A DNA stretch of 64,000 bases from Candidatus Microgenomatus sp. (GCA_020724585.1 DYGS01000001.1:2893-66892); one strand, 5' to 3'. Shown: positions 18,745 to 28,140, counted from the stretch's first letter. The notes: generated from the sequence alone by a model not told the origin. Made by a program: numbers and translations.

Positions 18745-19593
18745 TCACTCCCCGTAAGGGGTTACCTTTCCTCCCATTGTTCTAATTTCCATAATTGCTT
18801 TTTTGGCTTCAATGTCATTTGGCGCTTTAGCATGCCAATTGGGATTATTTTCCATGAAATCAACTCCCATTCCCGGGATAGTATGAGCAATTATTACAGT
18901 CGGATTTTCAAATATGCTTCTGGCTTTACTGCAGGCTGAAACAATTTCATCAAAATTATGTCCGTCTATATCAATCACTGACCAGCCAAATGACTTATAC
19001 TTATCCAACAAGGGCTCGAGCGGCATAATATCTTCTGTATGCCCATCAATTTGAATATTATTTCTATCAACAATCAAGGTTAAATTTGAGAGATTGTTTT
19101 TACCTGCAAACATAACAGCTTCCCAATGGTTTCCCTCATTATGTTCCCCATCGGAACAAATAACGAATGTTCTAAATCTTTTTTTATCCATCCTTGCCCC
19201 ATATGCAACCCCGCAAGCCTGTGATAATCCCGACCCAAGCGGGCCTGATGTTGTTTCAAGACTTTTTAAAAATCTCTTATCAGGATGTCCCTGTAAAATA
19301 CTTCCAAATTTACCAATTTTAAAAAGCTCTTTGTGCTCAAAATAACCTCTATGGGCCATAACTGCATATCTTGCGGGACAAATATGACCATTTGACAATA
19401 CTAACCTGTCTCTATCTTCCCAGTCAGGTTTTTTAGGGTCATGAAGTAAAATCACATAGTAAAGTGTTACTAAAACATCAACCATACCAAGTGAACCCGC
19501 AGGGTGCCCATAACCTGCTTTTAAAATCATTTCAATGATATCTTTTCTAACTTCCTTTGATATTTCTTGTAATTCTTCTGTTGTATACTTCAT
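18745..19593 (-). CDS. Transketolase, N-terminal (TPP-binding) subunit
   Basis: GHPAGSLGMVD, LSNGH, GDGEHNEG and GSLGQG-like thiamine-PP binding motifs. Confidence 0.8.
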   Translation of the reverse strand: MKYTTEELQEISKEVRKDIIEMILKAGYGHPAGSLGMVDVLVTLYYVILLHDPKKPDWEDRDRLVLSNGHICPARYAVMAHRGYFEHKELFKIGKFGSILQGHPDKRFLKSLETTSGPLGSGLSQACGVAYGARMDKKRFRTFVICSDGEHNEGNHWEAVMFAGKNNLSNLTLIVDRNNIQIDGHTEDIMPLEPLLDKYKSFGWSVIDIDGHNFDEIVSACSKARSIFENPTVIIAHTIPGMGVDFMENNPNWHAKAPNDIEAKKAIMEIRTMGGKVTPYGE

Positions 19594-20240
19594 TTTGTGA
19601 ATGCCGCGTCGTACTTATCCATTTGACCATCAACATTATGGTTTCTTTCCACAATCTGATTTTCAAATTTTTTTATAATAGGAAGGACATCATCTACTCT
19701 ATTTGCAATTTCAAAAACTGAAAGTTCCTTATTGTCTATGTTCATATTCTTTCTAAAAACATCAATTATTTCTGCCCAATAACTACCAAAAAGGATAAAT
19801 GGTTTGTGGTGCCCATAATATAGTTTTGCCAAAACCCAAGCAGTTCCAAATTCTGATATTGTTCCAGTTCCTCCTTTAAACATGATAAATAAGTCACCAT
19901 ATTCCATAAGTTTAAACATTCTTTCGATGTAATTTGTCGTCACCACTTCCTCGTCGGGAACATTACCAACATATTTTCCCTCAAAGCCAGGTGCGTTTTG
20001 CGGATCGAAAGTAATCGTTATGGTTTTCCCTCCGCCACTTCTAGCCCCATTTGTTGCAGCTTCCATTACACCCGGTCCACCGCCATCAACTACGACATAA
20101 CCTTCTTTTGCTAAAATTTCTGCAACTTTAAAGGCTTGTGTATAAACTTCATCGCTTTCAGCAATATCTGCGTCTCCAAAAAAGGCAATATTTTTAATTG
20201 CCTTACCGCTATTATTTGCGTATTTTTTTGATTCTTCCAT
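19590..20240 (-). CDS. LOG-family protein (TIGR00730 Rossmann-fold, cytokinin riboside 5'-monophosphate phosphoribohydrolase-like)
   Basis: GGGPGVMEA and PGGTGTISE motifs. Confidence 0.8.
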   Translation of the reverse strand: MEESKKYANNSGKAIKNIAFFGDADIAESDEVYTQAFKVAEILAKEGYVVVDGGGPGVMEAATNGARSGGGKTITITFDPQNAPGFEGKYVGNVPDEEVVTTNYIERMFKLMEYGDLFIMFKGGTGTISEFGTAWVLAKLYYGHHKPFILFGSYWAEIIDVFRKNMNIDNKELSVFEIANRVDDVLPIIKKFENQIVERNHNVDGQMDKYDAAFTK

Positions 20241-20271
20241 AATTTATTTAACCAATAAAAATTAATATTTC

Positions 20272-21387
20272 TCAAGAAACTTTGTGTAAAAGCGTAATTG
20301 GATCAGATGGCACATGACTGCCTTCCAAGTTTCTACCCACTCTAATTACTTGTTCTACTAGTCTATTTGCATATCCCCACTCGTTGTCATACCAAGCAAA
20401 AACCTTAACCATATTTCCCGCAACGACTTGCGTTAATGGCAAATCAACAATTGCGGACTCACTTCTTCCTACTATATCACTTGATACCAAAAATCCCTCA
20501 GAAACTGCTAATATTCCCTTATAAATGGGATTTTCTACTGCTTCTTTAAAGGCATTATTAACTTCTTCTACGCTTACTTCTTTTTTCAAGAGAAATGTAA
20601 AGTCAGTAATTGATCCTGTTGCAACAGGCACTCTTAAACTCATACCATCAAAGAGGCCTTTTAAATCAGGTATTGTTTCAGTTACGGCAATGGCCGCTCC
20701 TGTTGTTGTTGGAACTATATTCACCGCTGCAGCTCGGGCTCGGCGAAGATCTTTATGTGATCCATCTTGCAAATTTTGGTCATCAGTATAACTATGAATT
20801 GTTGTCATCATGGCTTTTTCTATACCAAATTTAGCTTGCATAACTGCTGCAACAGGAGCCACGCAGTTTGTAGTACATGATGCATTTGAAATTACTGTTG
20901 CGTCTCGCAGTCCTGAGCCTGTCGAAGGATTCTCGTTTACACCTAAGACATAAGTGCCAACATTACCACCTTTACTGGGAGCTGAAATAATTACCCTCTT
21001 AGCTCCACCAACAGCATGTTTTTTTGCATCCTCTTCTGAGGTAAATCTTCCAGTTGATTCAATAACCACATCAACTCCATATTTGCTCCATGGGATTAAA
21101 CTTGGATCTTTTTGGGCTAAAACTGGAACATCTACATTGCGTTCTGGAATTAACAAACTTCCTATTTTTGTATCTTCGTTTTTTTCTAAGTACTCTGTAC
21201 TCTGTACTTTGTACTGGTATTCCCGATACATAGTGTCGTAGTTAACCAAATGCCCCCAACCATGAACATCCATTGATCCTGAAGTATTAATTGCACCAAT
21301 CTTAATTTCATCTAGGTGCTTGGATACAGCAATCCTGAAGGCTAATCTTCCTATTCTTCCAAAACCATTGATTCCAACTTTTACCAT
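20272..21387 (-). CDS. gap: Glyceraldehyde-3-phosphate dehydrogenase, type I
   Basis: NGFGRIGR, SNASCTTN and WYDNEWGY motifs. Confidence 0.9.
   Translation of the reverse strand: MVKVGINGFGRIGRLAFRIAVSKHLDEIKIGAINTSGSMDVHGWGHLVNYDTMYREYQYKVQSTEYLEKNEDTKIGSLLIPERNVDVPVLAQKDPSLIPWSKYGVDVVIESTGRFTSEEDAKKHAVGGAKRVIISAPSKGGNVGTYVLGVNENPSTGSGLRDATVISNASCTTNCVAPVAAVMQAKFGIEKAMMTTIHSYTDDQNLQDGSHKDLRRARAAAVNIVPTTTGAAIAVTETIPDLKGLFDGMSLRVPVATGSITDFTFLLKKEVSVEEVNNAFKEAVENPIYKGILAVSEGFLVSSDIVGRSESAIVDLPLTQVVAGNMVKVFAWYDNEWGYANRLVEQVIRVGRNLEGSHVPSDPITLLHKVS
21186..21217 (+). repeat. GTAC-rich short repeat inside the gap coding sequence (encodes QYKVQSTEYL on the minus strand)
   Basis: ctaagtactctgtactctgtactttgtactgg. 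Same length as the corresponding GAPDH segment in other species, so this is a replacement rather than an insertion. Confidence 0.6.
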
Positions 21388-21562
21388 GTGAGCAGTATTT
21401 AGTTAAAGTATAAGATTAAGTTTAAGAATATTAAAGACTCACTTTGGAAAGACTTTGAGGTAATTCGTTAGCTATCTTTACTAATACTGTAGCTAACTTC
21501 ATGGCTTTCTGCCAAACAATAAGTTTTTCAAAATATAACATATCTTAAACTTGTACTTAATC

Positions 21563-22555
21563 TTAAACTGTTAGTGCTTCAATACCCACAAGATTATCAT
21601 TAACTAAATATTCAATCATTGCACCACCGCCTACGGATACCCAATCAAACTTGTCTGCCAAACTATATTTATTAATAGCAGCTAAACTATCTCCACCCCC
21701 CACTACTTTAAAAGCTTTTGAACTGGCTACAGCCTGAAAAACTTTTCTTGTTCCTTGACTATGGCCTTCATCTTCAAATTTACCTAAAACTCCTGCCAAA
21801 ACAATTGTTTTTGCTTTTAAAATTTCTTGGGTAAAAACTTCAATTGTATTTAATGTTATATCCTCTTTGTCTTGTATAAGATTCGCTATTATTATTTTTC
21901 CCGTTTGATTTCTAACACTTTTAAGTCCTTTGTCACCCATTAAATCAGGAAGTTTGCCTCCAACTAATACTTTATCTGCAAGTTTTGATAATGGCTCAAC
22001 CATTTTTAGTTTGTCTTCTTTAACTCCACTTATCAACACAACAAGTGGTCTTTCTGGTTCATTTTTAATTTTGTCTAAATTATTGATCTCGTTCTCTAAA
22101 TTTAGACCTGCATAAGAAGGCAAATATTTTGGTATCCCCACAATTGAAGCATGGCTTCTATGACAGACACTAAATGCTTCATTTACATAAATATCTGCCT
22201 TACTTGCCAACTCTTTGGCAAATTCCATAGCTCCTTTGTCCTGAGCGGGGTCGAGGGATTCTCTTGGGTCAAATCTCAAGTTTTCTAATACTTCAAAATC
22301 TGACCTTCCCAACATTTCTTGAAGAACTTTTTCAATAGGTTTTAGACTTAAACTTTCATCTTTAACTCCATTGGGCCTACCCCTATGCCCTATTAGTATT
22401 ATTTTTGAATTATTTTCAATTAAAAATTTAAGTGTAGGAACTAATCTTTGAAGTCTAATGTCTTTTTCTGATAGATCACTAACATCTAAATCCCCCCTAA
22501 CAATTATTCTTTTTCCTTTTAAGTCTTTTTTTGTGAGTGAAGAAAGTAGTTTCAT
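21563..22555 (-). CDS. pgk: Phosphoglycerate kinase (compact, 330 aa)
   Basis: LKGKRIIVRGDLDV, GHRGRPNG and GGGDS...GGGAM motifs. Confidence 0.8.
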   Translation of the reverse strand: MKLLSSLTKKDLKGKRIIVRGDLDVSDLSEKDIRLQRLVPTLKFLIENNSKIILIGHRGRPNGVKDESLSLKPIEKVLQEMLGRSDFEVLENLRFDPRESLDPAQDKGAMEFAKELASKADIYVNEAFSVCHRSHASIVGIPKYLPSYAGLNLENEINNLDKIKNEPERPLVVLISGVKEDKLKMVEPLSKLADKVLVGGKLPDLMGDKGLKSVRNQTGKIIIANLIQDKEDITLNTIEVFTQEILKAKTIVLAGVLGKFEDEGHSQGTRKVFQAVASSKAFKVVGGGDSLAAINKYSLADKFDWVSVGGGAMIEYLVNDNLVGIEALTV

Positions 22556-22585
22556 TACATTTAATCATAGTTTATTCTTACTAAG

Positions 22586-22616
22586 TTGACAATCACACAC
22601 ACACACTGGCTAGAAT
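22586..22616 (+). promoter_or_regulatory. sigma70 consensus promoter P3: TTGACA, 19-nt spacer containing (CA)6.5, TAGAAT
   Basis: Perfect -35 and a near-consensus -10. The ATG at 22624 lies 7 nt after the -10, implying a leaderless transcript. Confidence 0.6.
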
Positions 22617-22623
22617 ACGCTGT

Positions 22624-22848
22624 ATGGCTACAATTACAATTGTGAGAGATGGTAAACCAAATTTAACTTTGGATATTCCCGATGAAATCGTAAGTGTTGT
22701 TGGAGCAGAAGTGTTATTGATGGGTTTAGAGGCCGAAGAAACCAGTAATAGATGGGGAGGTATTGGTGAAGAAGAATTGGAAAAAATAAAAGAACTTGGT
22801 AGGGCATTAATAGGTAAACATGTGTACGGAGAAAGAGAAAGACTTTAA
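22624..22848 (+). CDS. hypothetical small acidic protein
   Basis: 74-aa ORF directly downstream of P3. Confidence 0.45.
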   Translation: MATITIVRDGKPNLTLDIPDEIVSVVGAEVLLMGLEAEETSNRWGGIGEEELEKIKELGRALIGKHVYGERERL

Positions 22849-23231
22849 TTATTAGCTTCTAATTCCTTTATTTCTTTGTCAAAACTTAAAACTTTATATT
22901 TGTTAGCATTGGCTGAAGAAAGCAGATAGCTATCTACAAAATGTAATTTATTTCTGTAATTAGTCCACATTCCCAAAAGCCCTTTTCTGTCCTCCACTAT
23001 TAGCCATTTTTGGGATAATAGAACTTCCATACATGACGCAATTTCATTAAGAGATTTTTTATAAAACGATTCTAGTACAAAACATGTTTCCGCCACAACA
23101 ACCACTTTGATTAGTAACTTTAACTCACCCGCTTCAGCTTTTTTGAATATATCAACAGATTTTTTATAAAGTATTTCACTATCTCCAACCAGATACCTAA
23201 GTATTATATTTGTGTCTATTATATTAATCAT
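22845..23231 (-). CDS. vapC: PIN-domain toxin (VapC-like), start trimmed to MINIIDTNIIL
   Basis: PIN N-terminal motif IIDTNIILRYL. The upstream antitoxin overlaps by 8 nt (ATGATTAA). Confidence 0.7.
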   Translation of the reverse strand: MINIIDTNIILRYLVGDSEILYKKSVDIFKKAEAGELKLLIKVVVVAETCFVLESFYKKSLNEIASCMEVLLSQKWLIVEDRKGLLGMWTNYRNKLHFVDSYLLSSANANKYKVLSFDKEIKELEANN

Positions 23232-23469
23232 TTCTAGCCCAATTTTTAGAAAAACTATCACGAGCCTTACGAAGCTGTTTATCAGATAACACAGTATCGG
23301 ATTTAAGTGATCCTGCCAGAGACCAAAAATCTTGTTTTGGAGAAACAATTATTGTGTTCCCTACTTTTTGAGCAATAGCCTTGGTGGCACCATGAACACC
23401 TAAATCCTGAAGCATAAGCCTAGGAATTGAAATTTGCCCCTGACTTGTAATTGAAACTATTTGTTGCAT
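23224..23469 (-). CDS. vapB: AbrB/MazE/SpoVT-family antitoxin (VapB-like)
   Basis: ITSQGQISIPRLMLQDLGV swapped-hairpin motif. Confidence 0.65.
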   Translation of the reverse strand: MQQIVSITSQGQISIPRLMLQDLGVHGATKAIAQKVGNTIIVSPKQDFWSLAGSLKSDTVLSDKQLRKARDSFSKNWARND

Positions 23470-23524
23470 TACATTATTATGGTATATCTACATTATTTTG
23501 TCAAGTCACATTATTTACTTGAAG

Positions 23525-23553
23525 TTGACAATCACACACACACTGGCTAGAAT
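23525..23553 (+). promoter_or_regulatory. sigma70 consensus promoter P4: TTGACA, 17-nt spacer containing (CA)5.5, TAGAAT
   Basis: Near-identical to P3 (agttgacaatcacaca...ctggctagaat) but one CA unit shorter. ATG at 23560. Confidence 0.65.
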
Positions 23554-23559
23554 GCAGGT

Positions 23560-23778
23560 ATGGATAAAGAAAAATCGGGTCTTTCATGGTTAATAAGGGG
23601 GGAGAAATGTGAAGATGATTCATTTTTTTGTAAAAAAAACTGTGGGGCAACAGGTAAGCAGACTATAGAATATTTTAAAATATTCGGGGTTGTTATTAAA
23701 TCTCGTGTAAAGAGCTTTGAAATTTCTGGTGGCAATCCTGATTGTAAACACACTTGGCAGGATCATGGCTTAATTTAG
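23560..23778 (+). CDS. hypothetical small Cys-containing protein
   Basis: 72-aa ORF downstream of P4. Four Cys residues and no signal peptide. Confidence 0.4.
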   Translation: MDKEKSGLSWLIRGEKCEDDSFFCKKNCGATGKQTIEYFKIFGVVIKSRVKSFEISGGNPDCKHTWQDHGLI

Positions 23779-23799
23779 ATGATTATTTAGACTCACCAC

Positions 23800-24249
23800 T
23801 TAATTATTTGCTTCCAGCTTTTCAATTTCATCAAGTCTTCTTTCATGCCTAGCATTTTCTTCATATTTTGTTTCTAAAAAAGCAATTAACATTCCTTTGG
23901 CTTCTTTTTCCGTTGTGTAATCTGATGCAATAACTAATATGTTCATATCATCATCTCTTCTTCCTGCTTTTACTTGTAATACTGACTTTCCAATTGCAGC
24001 TCTAATACCATCAAATTTATTTGCAACAACCTCAACTCCTACTCCACTTCCACAAAGTAGTACCCCTCTGCTATGGGGTCTTTTAGCAACCATTGAGGAA
24101 ACCATTTCTGCGTATTTTGAATAATCATCATCGGGGTCAAAATGCAAAGCACCTAAATCCTCAAAATCATAATTCATGTCAAACAACCATGTGGCTATTT
24201 TTTCTTTTAACTCATATCCCCTATGATCGCTACCGATAAATATCTTCAT
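23800..24249 (-). CDS. rpiB: Ribose-5-phosphate isomerase B
   Basis: MKIFIGSDHRGYELKEKI and CGSGVG motifs (RpiB/LacAB family). Confidence 0.85.
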   Translation of the reverse strand: MKIFIGSDHRGYELKEKIATWLFDMNYDFEDLGALHFDPDDDYSKYAEMVSSMVAKRPHSRGVLLCGSGVGVEVVANKFDGIRAAIGKSVLQVKAGRRDDDMNILVIASDYTTEKEAKGMLIAFLETKYEENARHERRLDEIEKLEANN

Positions 24250-24908
24250 TATTTAAATCCTTCTACCAATTCTAACAGTTCTCTTTTAGGATCGCTACTT
24301 AACATCACATCACTTGCAACAGCGACACCCGTTGCACCCAGGCTCAAACTTATACTAATATCCTTTTGCGAATGAATCCCAGCTCCAACGATAAGCGGCA
24401 CACCTGAATTTTTGGATATTAAAACCGCTTTTGATATTATTTCAGGCTGGCTTGTTGCAACTGAAACATCTTTACTTCCTATTAAGGCAGGTGGTTCGTA
24501 GGAAACAAAATCTGGTTTAATTTCAAGCGCTTTTTCCATTTCTTCTATGTCTTTAGTGAAAATTAATGTTTTTAAACCAACTTCTTTTGCTCTTAAATGT
24601 GCTTTTGATAACGTTTCAAAGTCAACAAATCTATTTTCTGAATGATTTAGAACTGTACCAACTGCGCCATCCTCAAAAACGCCTTCAGCTAAAATGCTAC
24701 CTGTATGCGCCCCATATGTAACAGGGTCTATCTTTTGTGCCCAAATTTCAATTGAAGTTGTGCTTACAATTTCCTTAATATCAGAAGGTTGAACAACTGG
24801 TATTATTTTTACACCAGTTTCTTTGGAGACATCTTGAACTTTGTTTGCCATCAAAACAGCATTCTTACCTGTCCCACTTTCGTAAGTTTTAAAATTCAAA
24901 AAAATCAT
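24249..24908 (-). CDS. tpiA: Triosephosphate isomerase, archaeal-type (short, ~220 aa)
   Basis: NFKTY, VLNHSENR, YEPPALIG and VGAGIHS align with archaeal TIM (INYKTY, LINHSEKR, EPPELIG, CGAGIS). Confidence 0.8.
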   Translation of the reverse strand: MIFLNFKTYESGTGKNAVLMANKVQDVSKETGVKIIPVVQPSDIKEIVSTTSIEIWAQKIDPVTYGAHTGSILAEGVFEDGAVGTVLNHSENRFVDFETLSKAHLRAKEVGLKTLIFTKDIEEMEKALEIKPDFVSYEPPALIGSKDVSVATSQPEIISKAVLISKNSGVPLIVGAGIHSQKDISISLSLGATGVAVASDVMLSSDPKRELLELVEGFK

Positions 24909-24920
24909 ATTTTTAATTAT

Positions 24921-25166
24921 CTACATTATCAAATTATCAAGCTTTCCCTTGTCAAAACCAACAATAGTTTCTTTTGTTCCGTCATCTTTGGTAATTACAG
25001 TAAAAGGAACACCCAAAAACCCTCCTGAAATATTAGACATTTCTTCCCTCGCTTTTTCATCTTGATCGACTAATTTTTCAACAAAACTGACACCCTTTGC
25101 TGAAAGATAATCCTTTAGCATTCTGCAGTAAGGACAACTTGTTGTTGAATAAATTGCTACATTCAT
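24921..25166 (-). CDS. Glutaredoxin-like protein (NrdH/Grx fold)
   Basis: CPYC active site at the N-terminus. 81 aa. Confidence 0.7.
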   Translation of the reverse strand: MNVAIYSTTSCPYCRMLKDYLSAKGVSFVEKLVDQDEKAREEMSNISGGFLGVPFTVITKDDGTKETIVGFDKGKLDNLIM

Positions 25167-25669
25167 TTATTTACCACCTCCAAAATTTTTGTTTTTAAAT
25201 CCTCCTCTTTTAAATTTCCTGTGTGTTTAAAGGCTATCACTCCATTTTTGTCTAAAATTACAATTGAATTCTCCTTTGCAATGTTAAATTTTTTGGCCAG
25301 AGCATCTGTTTCTGTTGTGGTTTCGGAATCAAGAATATGAGACCTTAATCCAACAACTCCCTCTTTTGTAAGATCCTCCAAAACATTTCTGAAAAGCCTG
25401 TCCTGATTTAAACATTCAGGACACCAGTTTGCGATAAAAAATATGACCAAAACGCGCTTGTCCGCTAAGGCCTTGTCATATTCTTCTTTTGAATAATCAA
25501 GATATTTTGATGGAGATTCGTTCTCCGTCGCTTCTACACTCACCTTTTCTTGCGATTTCTCAACTTTTTCATTTCTATAACTTTTGAGCTTTATAAATAC
25601 ATTTATGAAAAATGCAAGGAAAGAAAGAAATAAAACAGTCAAAACCAAAATGAGGATAAATTTCTTCAT
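25163..25669 (-). CDS. membrane-anchored thioredoxin-fold thiol:disulfide oxidoreductase (TlpA/redoxin-like)
   Basis: N-terminal TM, then WCPEC active site. Confidence 0.65.
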   Translation of the reverse strand: MKKFILILVLTVLFLSFLAFFINVFIKLKSYRNEKVEKSQEKVSVEATENESPSKYLDYSKEEYDKALADKRVLVIFFIANWCPECLNQDRLFRNVLEDLTKEGVVGLRSHILDSETTTETDALAKKFNIAKENSIVILDKNGVIAFKHTGNLKEEDLKTKILEVVNK

Positions 25670-25693
25670 TTGTCTAATTTAAATATACCCTCT

Positions 25694-26161
25694 TTAGAAT
25701 GATCCTTCAAGGATTTTGGTTTCCAAGTTTTTATCAAGTACTTTTTCTTTACTTATGACCACTTTTTTGTATTCAGGATATTTTGTAGAATCAAAACTTA
25801 AGATAAAACCGCCTTTAGCTATTTGTAATTTTCCGAGTGAAATAAAATCACCATCCTTCTCAAGCCAGGCTTGGTAAAAGTAACCTTCCTCGGGGTCTTT
25901 AGTATCCACTAAGATTTCATTTTTTGTTGCAAGTCCCCTTTCGTCTCCTCCGGTTACACTTTTAAGTTCAATATAGGCCGTATTTTCAGGAATATCGTAC
26001 TTAAATTCTCTTTCAAAATCCTGCTTATATTCTATTGAGGGCGGAGGCGGCGTTGGCGAAATATCGTCTTTTTTTCTAAAGCTAAAAAAATATAGAAGCC
26101 CAAAGACAACCAAAACAACTACTACAAAACCTACCGTTACTTCTCTTTTAGAAAGGTTCAT
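25694..26161 (-). CDS. hypothetical membrane-anchored protein
   Basis: N-terminal TM. No motif recognised. Confidence 0.4.
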   Translation of the reverse strand: MNLSKREVTVGFVVVVLVVFGLLYFFSFRKKDDISPTPPPPSIEYKQDFEREFKYDIPENTAYIELKSVTGGDERGLATKNEILVDTKDPEEGYFYQAWLEKDGDFISLGKLQIAKGGFILSFDSTKYPEYKKVVISKEKVLDKNLETKILEGSF

Positions 26162-26203
26162 TTACTGGCAGGATACGCCAAGACAGTAAAGTTGTCAAGA
26201 AAA

Positions 26204-26425
26204 TCATTCACAACATGGATCTTTGAAGCCACAATTAGTACAAATTGCTTCTTTACTACCTGCAACAACTCCAATTTCATTCCCACATATAGGACAATTT
26301 TGCGTTTCCTTCTTTTTCCGCATATTTAACGCATTATTTCCGAAAGGTATTATTTCAGTTTCAGATAGACCGCAAATAAAGCCAATACTGCTGATACGAG
26401 AAGCCACTGAGTTGATGCAAGCCAC
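26204..26425 (-). CDS. small zinc-ribbon protein
   Basis: CPICGNE...CTNCG pair of CxxC. Confidence 0.4.
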   Translation of the reverse strand: MACINSVASRISSIGFICGLSETEIIPFGNNALNMRKKKETQNCPICGNEIGVVAGSKEAICTNCGFKDPCCE

Positions 26426-26595
26426 AAATCAAAGCCAAGATAACCAATCATGGCCAAAACAACTCCTGCAACAGCTCCTTTTATCAAATAATCTGAATAA
26501 TTTTTAAGCTGTTTTTTTGCCAAAATAAATCACCCCCTACTTCTCATTTCTACTTTACATTAATAATAACATAACATATATTGTTATTGTTGATT

Positions 26596-26637
26596 GTGTT
26601 TCCACGCCTTTTAATGCGTGGTGGTTTATTTGTTTTT
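26596..26637 (+). terminator. rho-independent terminator-like hairpin (ccacgcc-ttttaat-ggcgtgg followed by T-rich run)
   Basis: Perfect 6-7 bp GC-rich stem followed by tttatttgttttt. Confidence 0.5.
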
Positions 26638-26740
26638 AGTGAACCAAAGGAATAAGGGTGTAATCCCCTAGCTGTGCCGCAACCGTGAATCCTGAGTTAA
26701 CCGAAGGATAAGCCGGAAAACTAGCAATCATAAGTAACCA

Positions 26741-27928
26741 ATGCAAGTTGCATTGTTAGAATCTCGAGCAAGAATGGAAAGAACTGCATTAGATTTAAAT
26801 TTCGAAACTGCACATGATTTATTCCAAAGATTATTCATAGGCTACGAAAAAGTATATTTACTACAAGGCTCTGGTTTCAATATGACAAACCAAATTGATC
26901 AATGGATTAGGGATTTTGATCCAAATGATCAAGAATCGAAAAAAATATTGATAGAAAAAACTATGTCTGATGTTAGGGGCTTTTACCACGAATTTTTATC
27001 ACGAAGAGACATCTTTCCATTTGAACTAGAAATTAGAAAAAATGAAACAGGTGAAAGATATGTTTACTCAACTAAATACGATCAGCCGTTAGAAAACATC
27101 ACACAGGCAAATGAAAGAGAAGGAGCATTATTAGAGGGAGTAAAAATTGCGACTGAAATGATTATAAATTCAGAACCAAACACTATAATAATTTTGAACA
27201 GTCCTGAAGGTTGGACAGGACTTCCAACTGGAGCGCATCCGGACAATCAAACACATGTTTATTGGGTTGGATTAGATGGAGATTTAAAAGCATTAACTTT
27301 ACGCTCAGATATTGATATTGTTGCTAGCGAAAAACTTGTTGGATTAGATGGTGTGAATTTAAGTTTGATAAATCGTATTAAAAATGTAGTTAGAAATCCA
27401 ATCAGTGTTGCTGTTGTGAATGATGGGTTTATAGAGGCGCTTGATTTAATAGAAAAAGCATCGGGGCATGAACTAAATAAACTCAGGCATGAAATTCAAA
27501 ACAGAGATACATATATTGAACTTACCGGTGAAGAGGATTTAGAAATCAAACAAGTACTTTCTGATTTAGAATTATTTTTAAATGAAGAGATTAATGATAG
27601 GAGCGAACAAACTATAAAAAAACTTGCATTCAATATTGGAAAATCAATTCTTGACATGCAAAATGCTGTAAACAAACGAGAGGCTAAATACAATAACCAA
27701 ACAATGGTTGTTGGTTATGACTCTTCTGAAATAAAATATCAGGTTTTATCCCAACAAGTTAAAGAAATTTTAGGCTGCAGCAACGGAATTAGAGAACAAA
27801 GAAGTTTCGATTTTGATAGATTTGGTTCACTTGATTTTAACTGTCCGTCTTGTAACAGAAAAAACACTCGCCCACTTGGGCAACTTATTTCCAACTGTCA
27901 ACATTGCGGTGCAGATGTACGATGTTAA
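26741..27928 (+). CDS. hypothetical protein with C-terminal zinc ribbon
   Basis: 395 aa with C-terminal CPSCN...CQHCG. Function unknown. Confidence 0.45.
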   Translation: MQVALLESRARMERTALDLNFETAHDLFQRLFIGYEKVYLLQGSGFNMTNQIDQWIRDFDPNDQESKKILIEKTMSDVRGFYHEFLSRRDIFPFELEIRKNETGERYVYSTKYDQPLENITQANEREGALLEGVKIATEMIINSEPNTIIILNSPEGWTGLPTGAHPDNQTHVYWVGLDGDLKALTLRSDIDIVASEKLVGLDGVNLSLINRIKNVVRNPISVAVVNDGFIEALDLIEKASGHELNKLRHEIQNRDTYIELTGEEDLEIKQVLSDLELFLNEEINDRSEQTIKKLAFNIGKSILDMQNAVNKREAKYNNQTMVVGYDSSEIKYQVLSQQVKEILGCSNGIREQRSFDFDRFGSLDFNCPSCNRKNTRPLGQLISNCQHCGADVRC

Positions 27929-27930
27929 CC

Positions 27931-28140
27931 TTATTTTTTACTACAAACCTTGCATTCTCCCATGTGGGTCATTGCTGAATAAACAGCAGAAACACCAACT
28001 AAAACATATACCAAATTTGCAAGAGCTGGCATTCCACCCAATAAAGCTTGCACAAGGTCAAAATTAAACAAGCCTACTAATCCCCAATTAAGACCTCCCA
28101 CCCATAGAAGAGTATATGCAACATAATGAATAGATTTCAT
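27931..28140 (-). CDS. DUF378-family small membrane protein
   Basis: LWVGGLNWGLVGLFNFDLV matches the DUF378 signature. Confidence 0.7.
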   Translation of the reverse strand: MKSIHYVAYTLLWVGGLNWGLVGLFNFDLVQALLGGMPALANLVYVLVGVSAVYSAMTHMGECKVCSKK

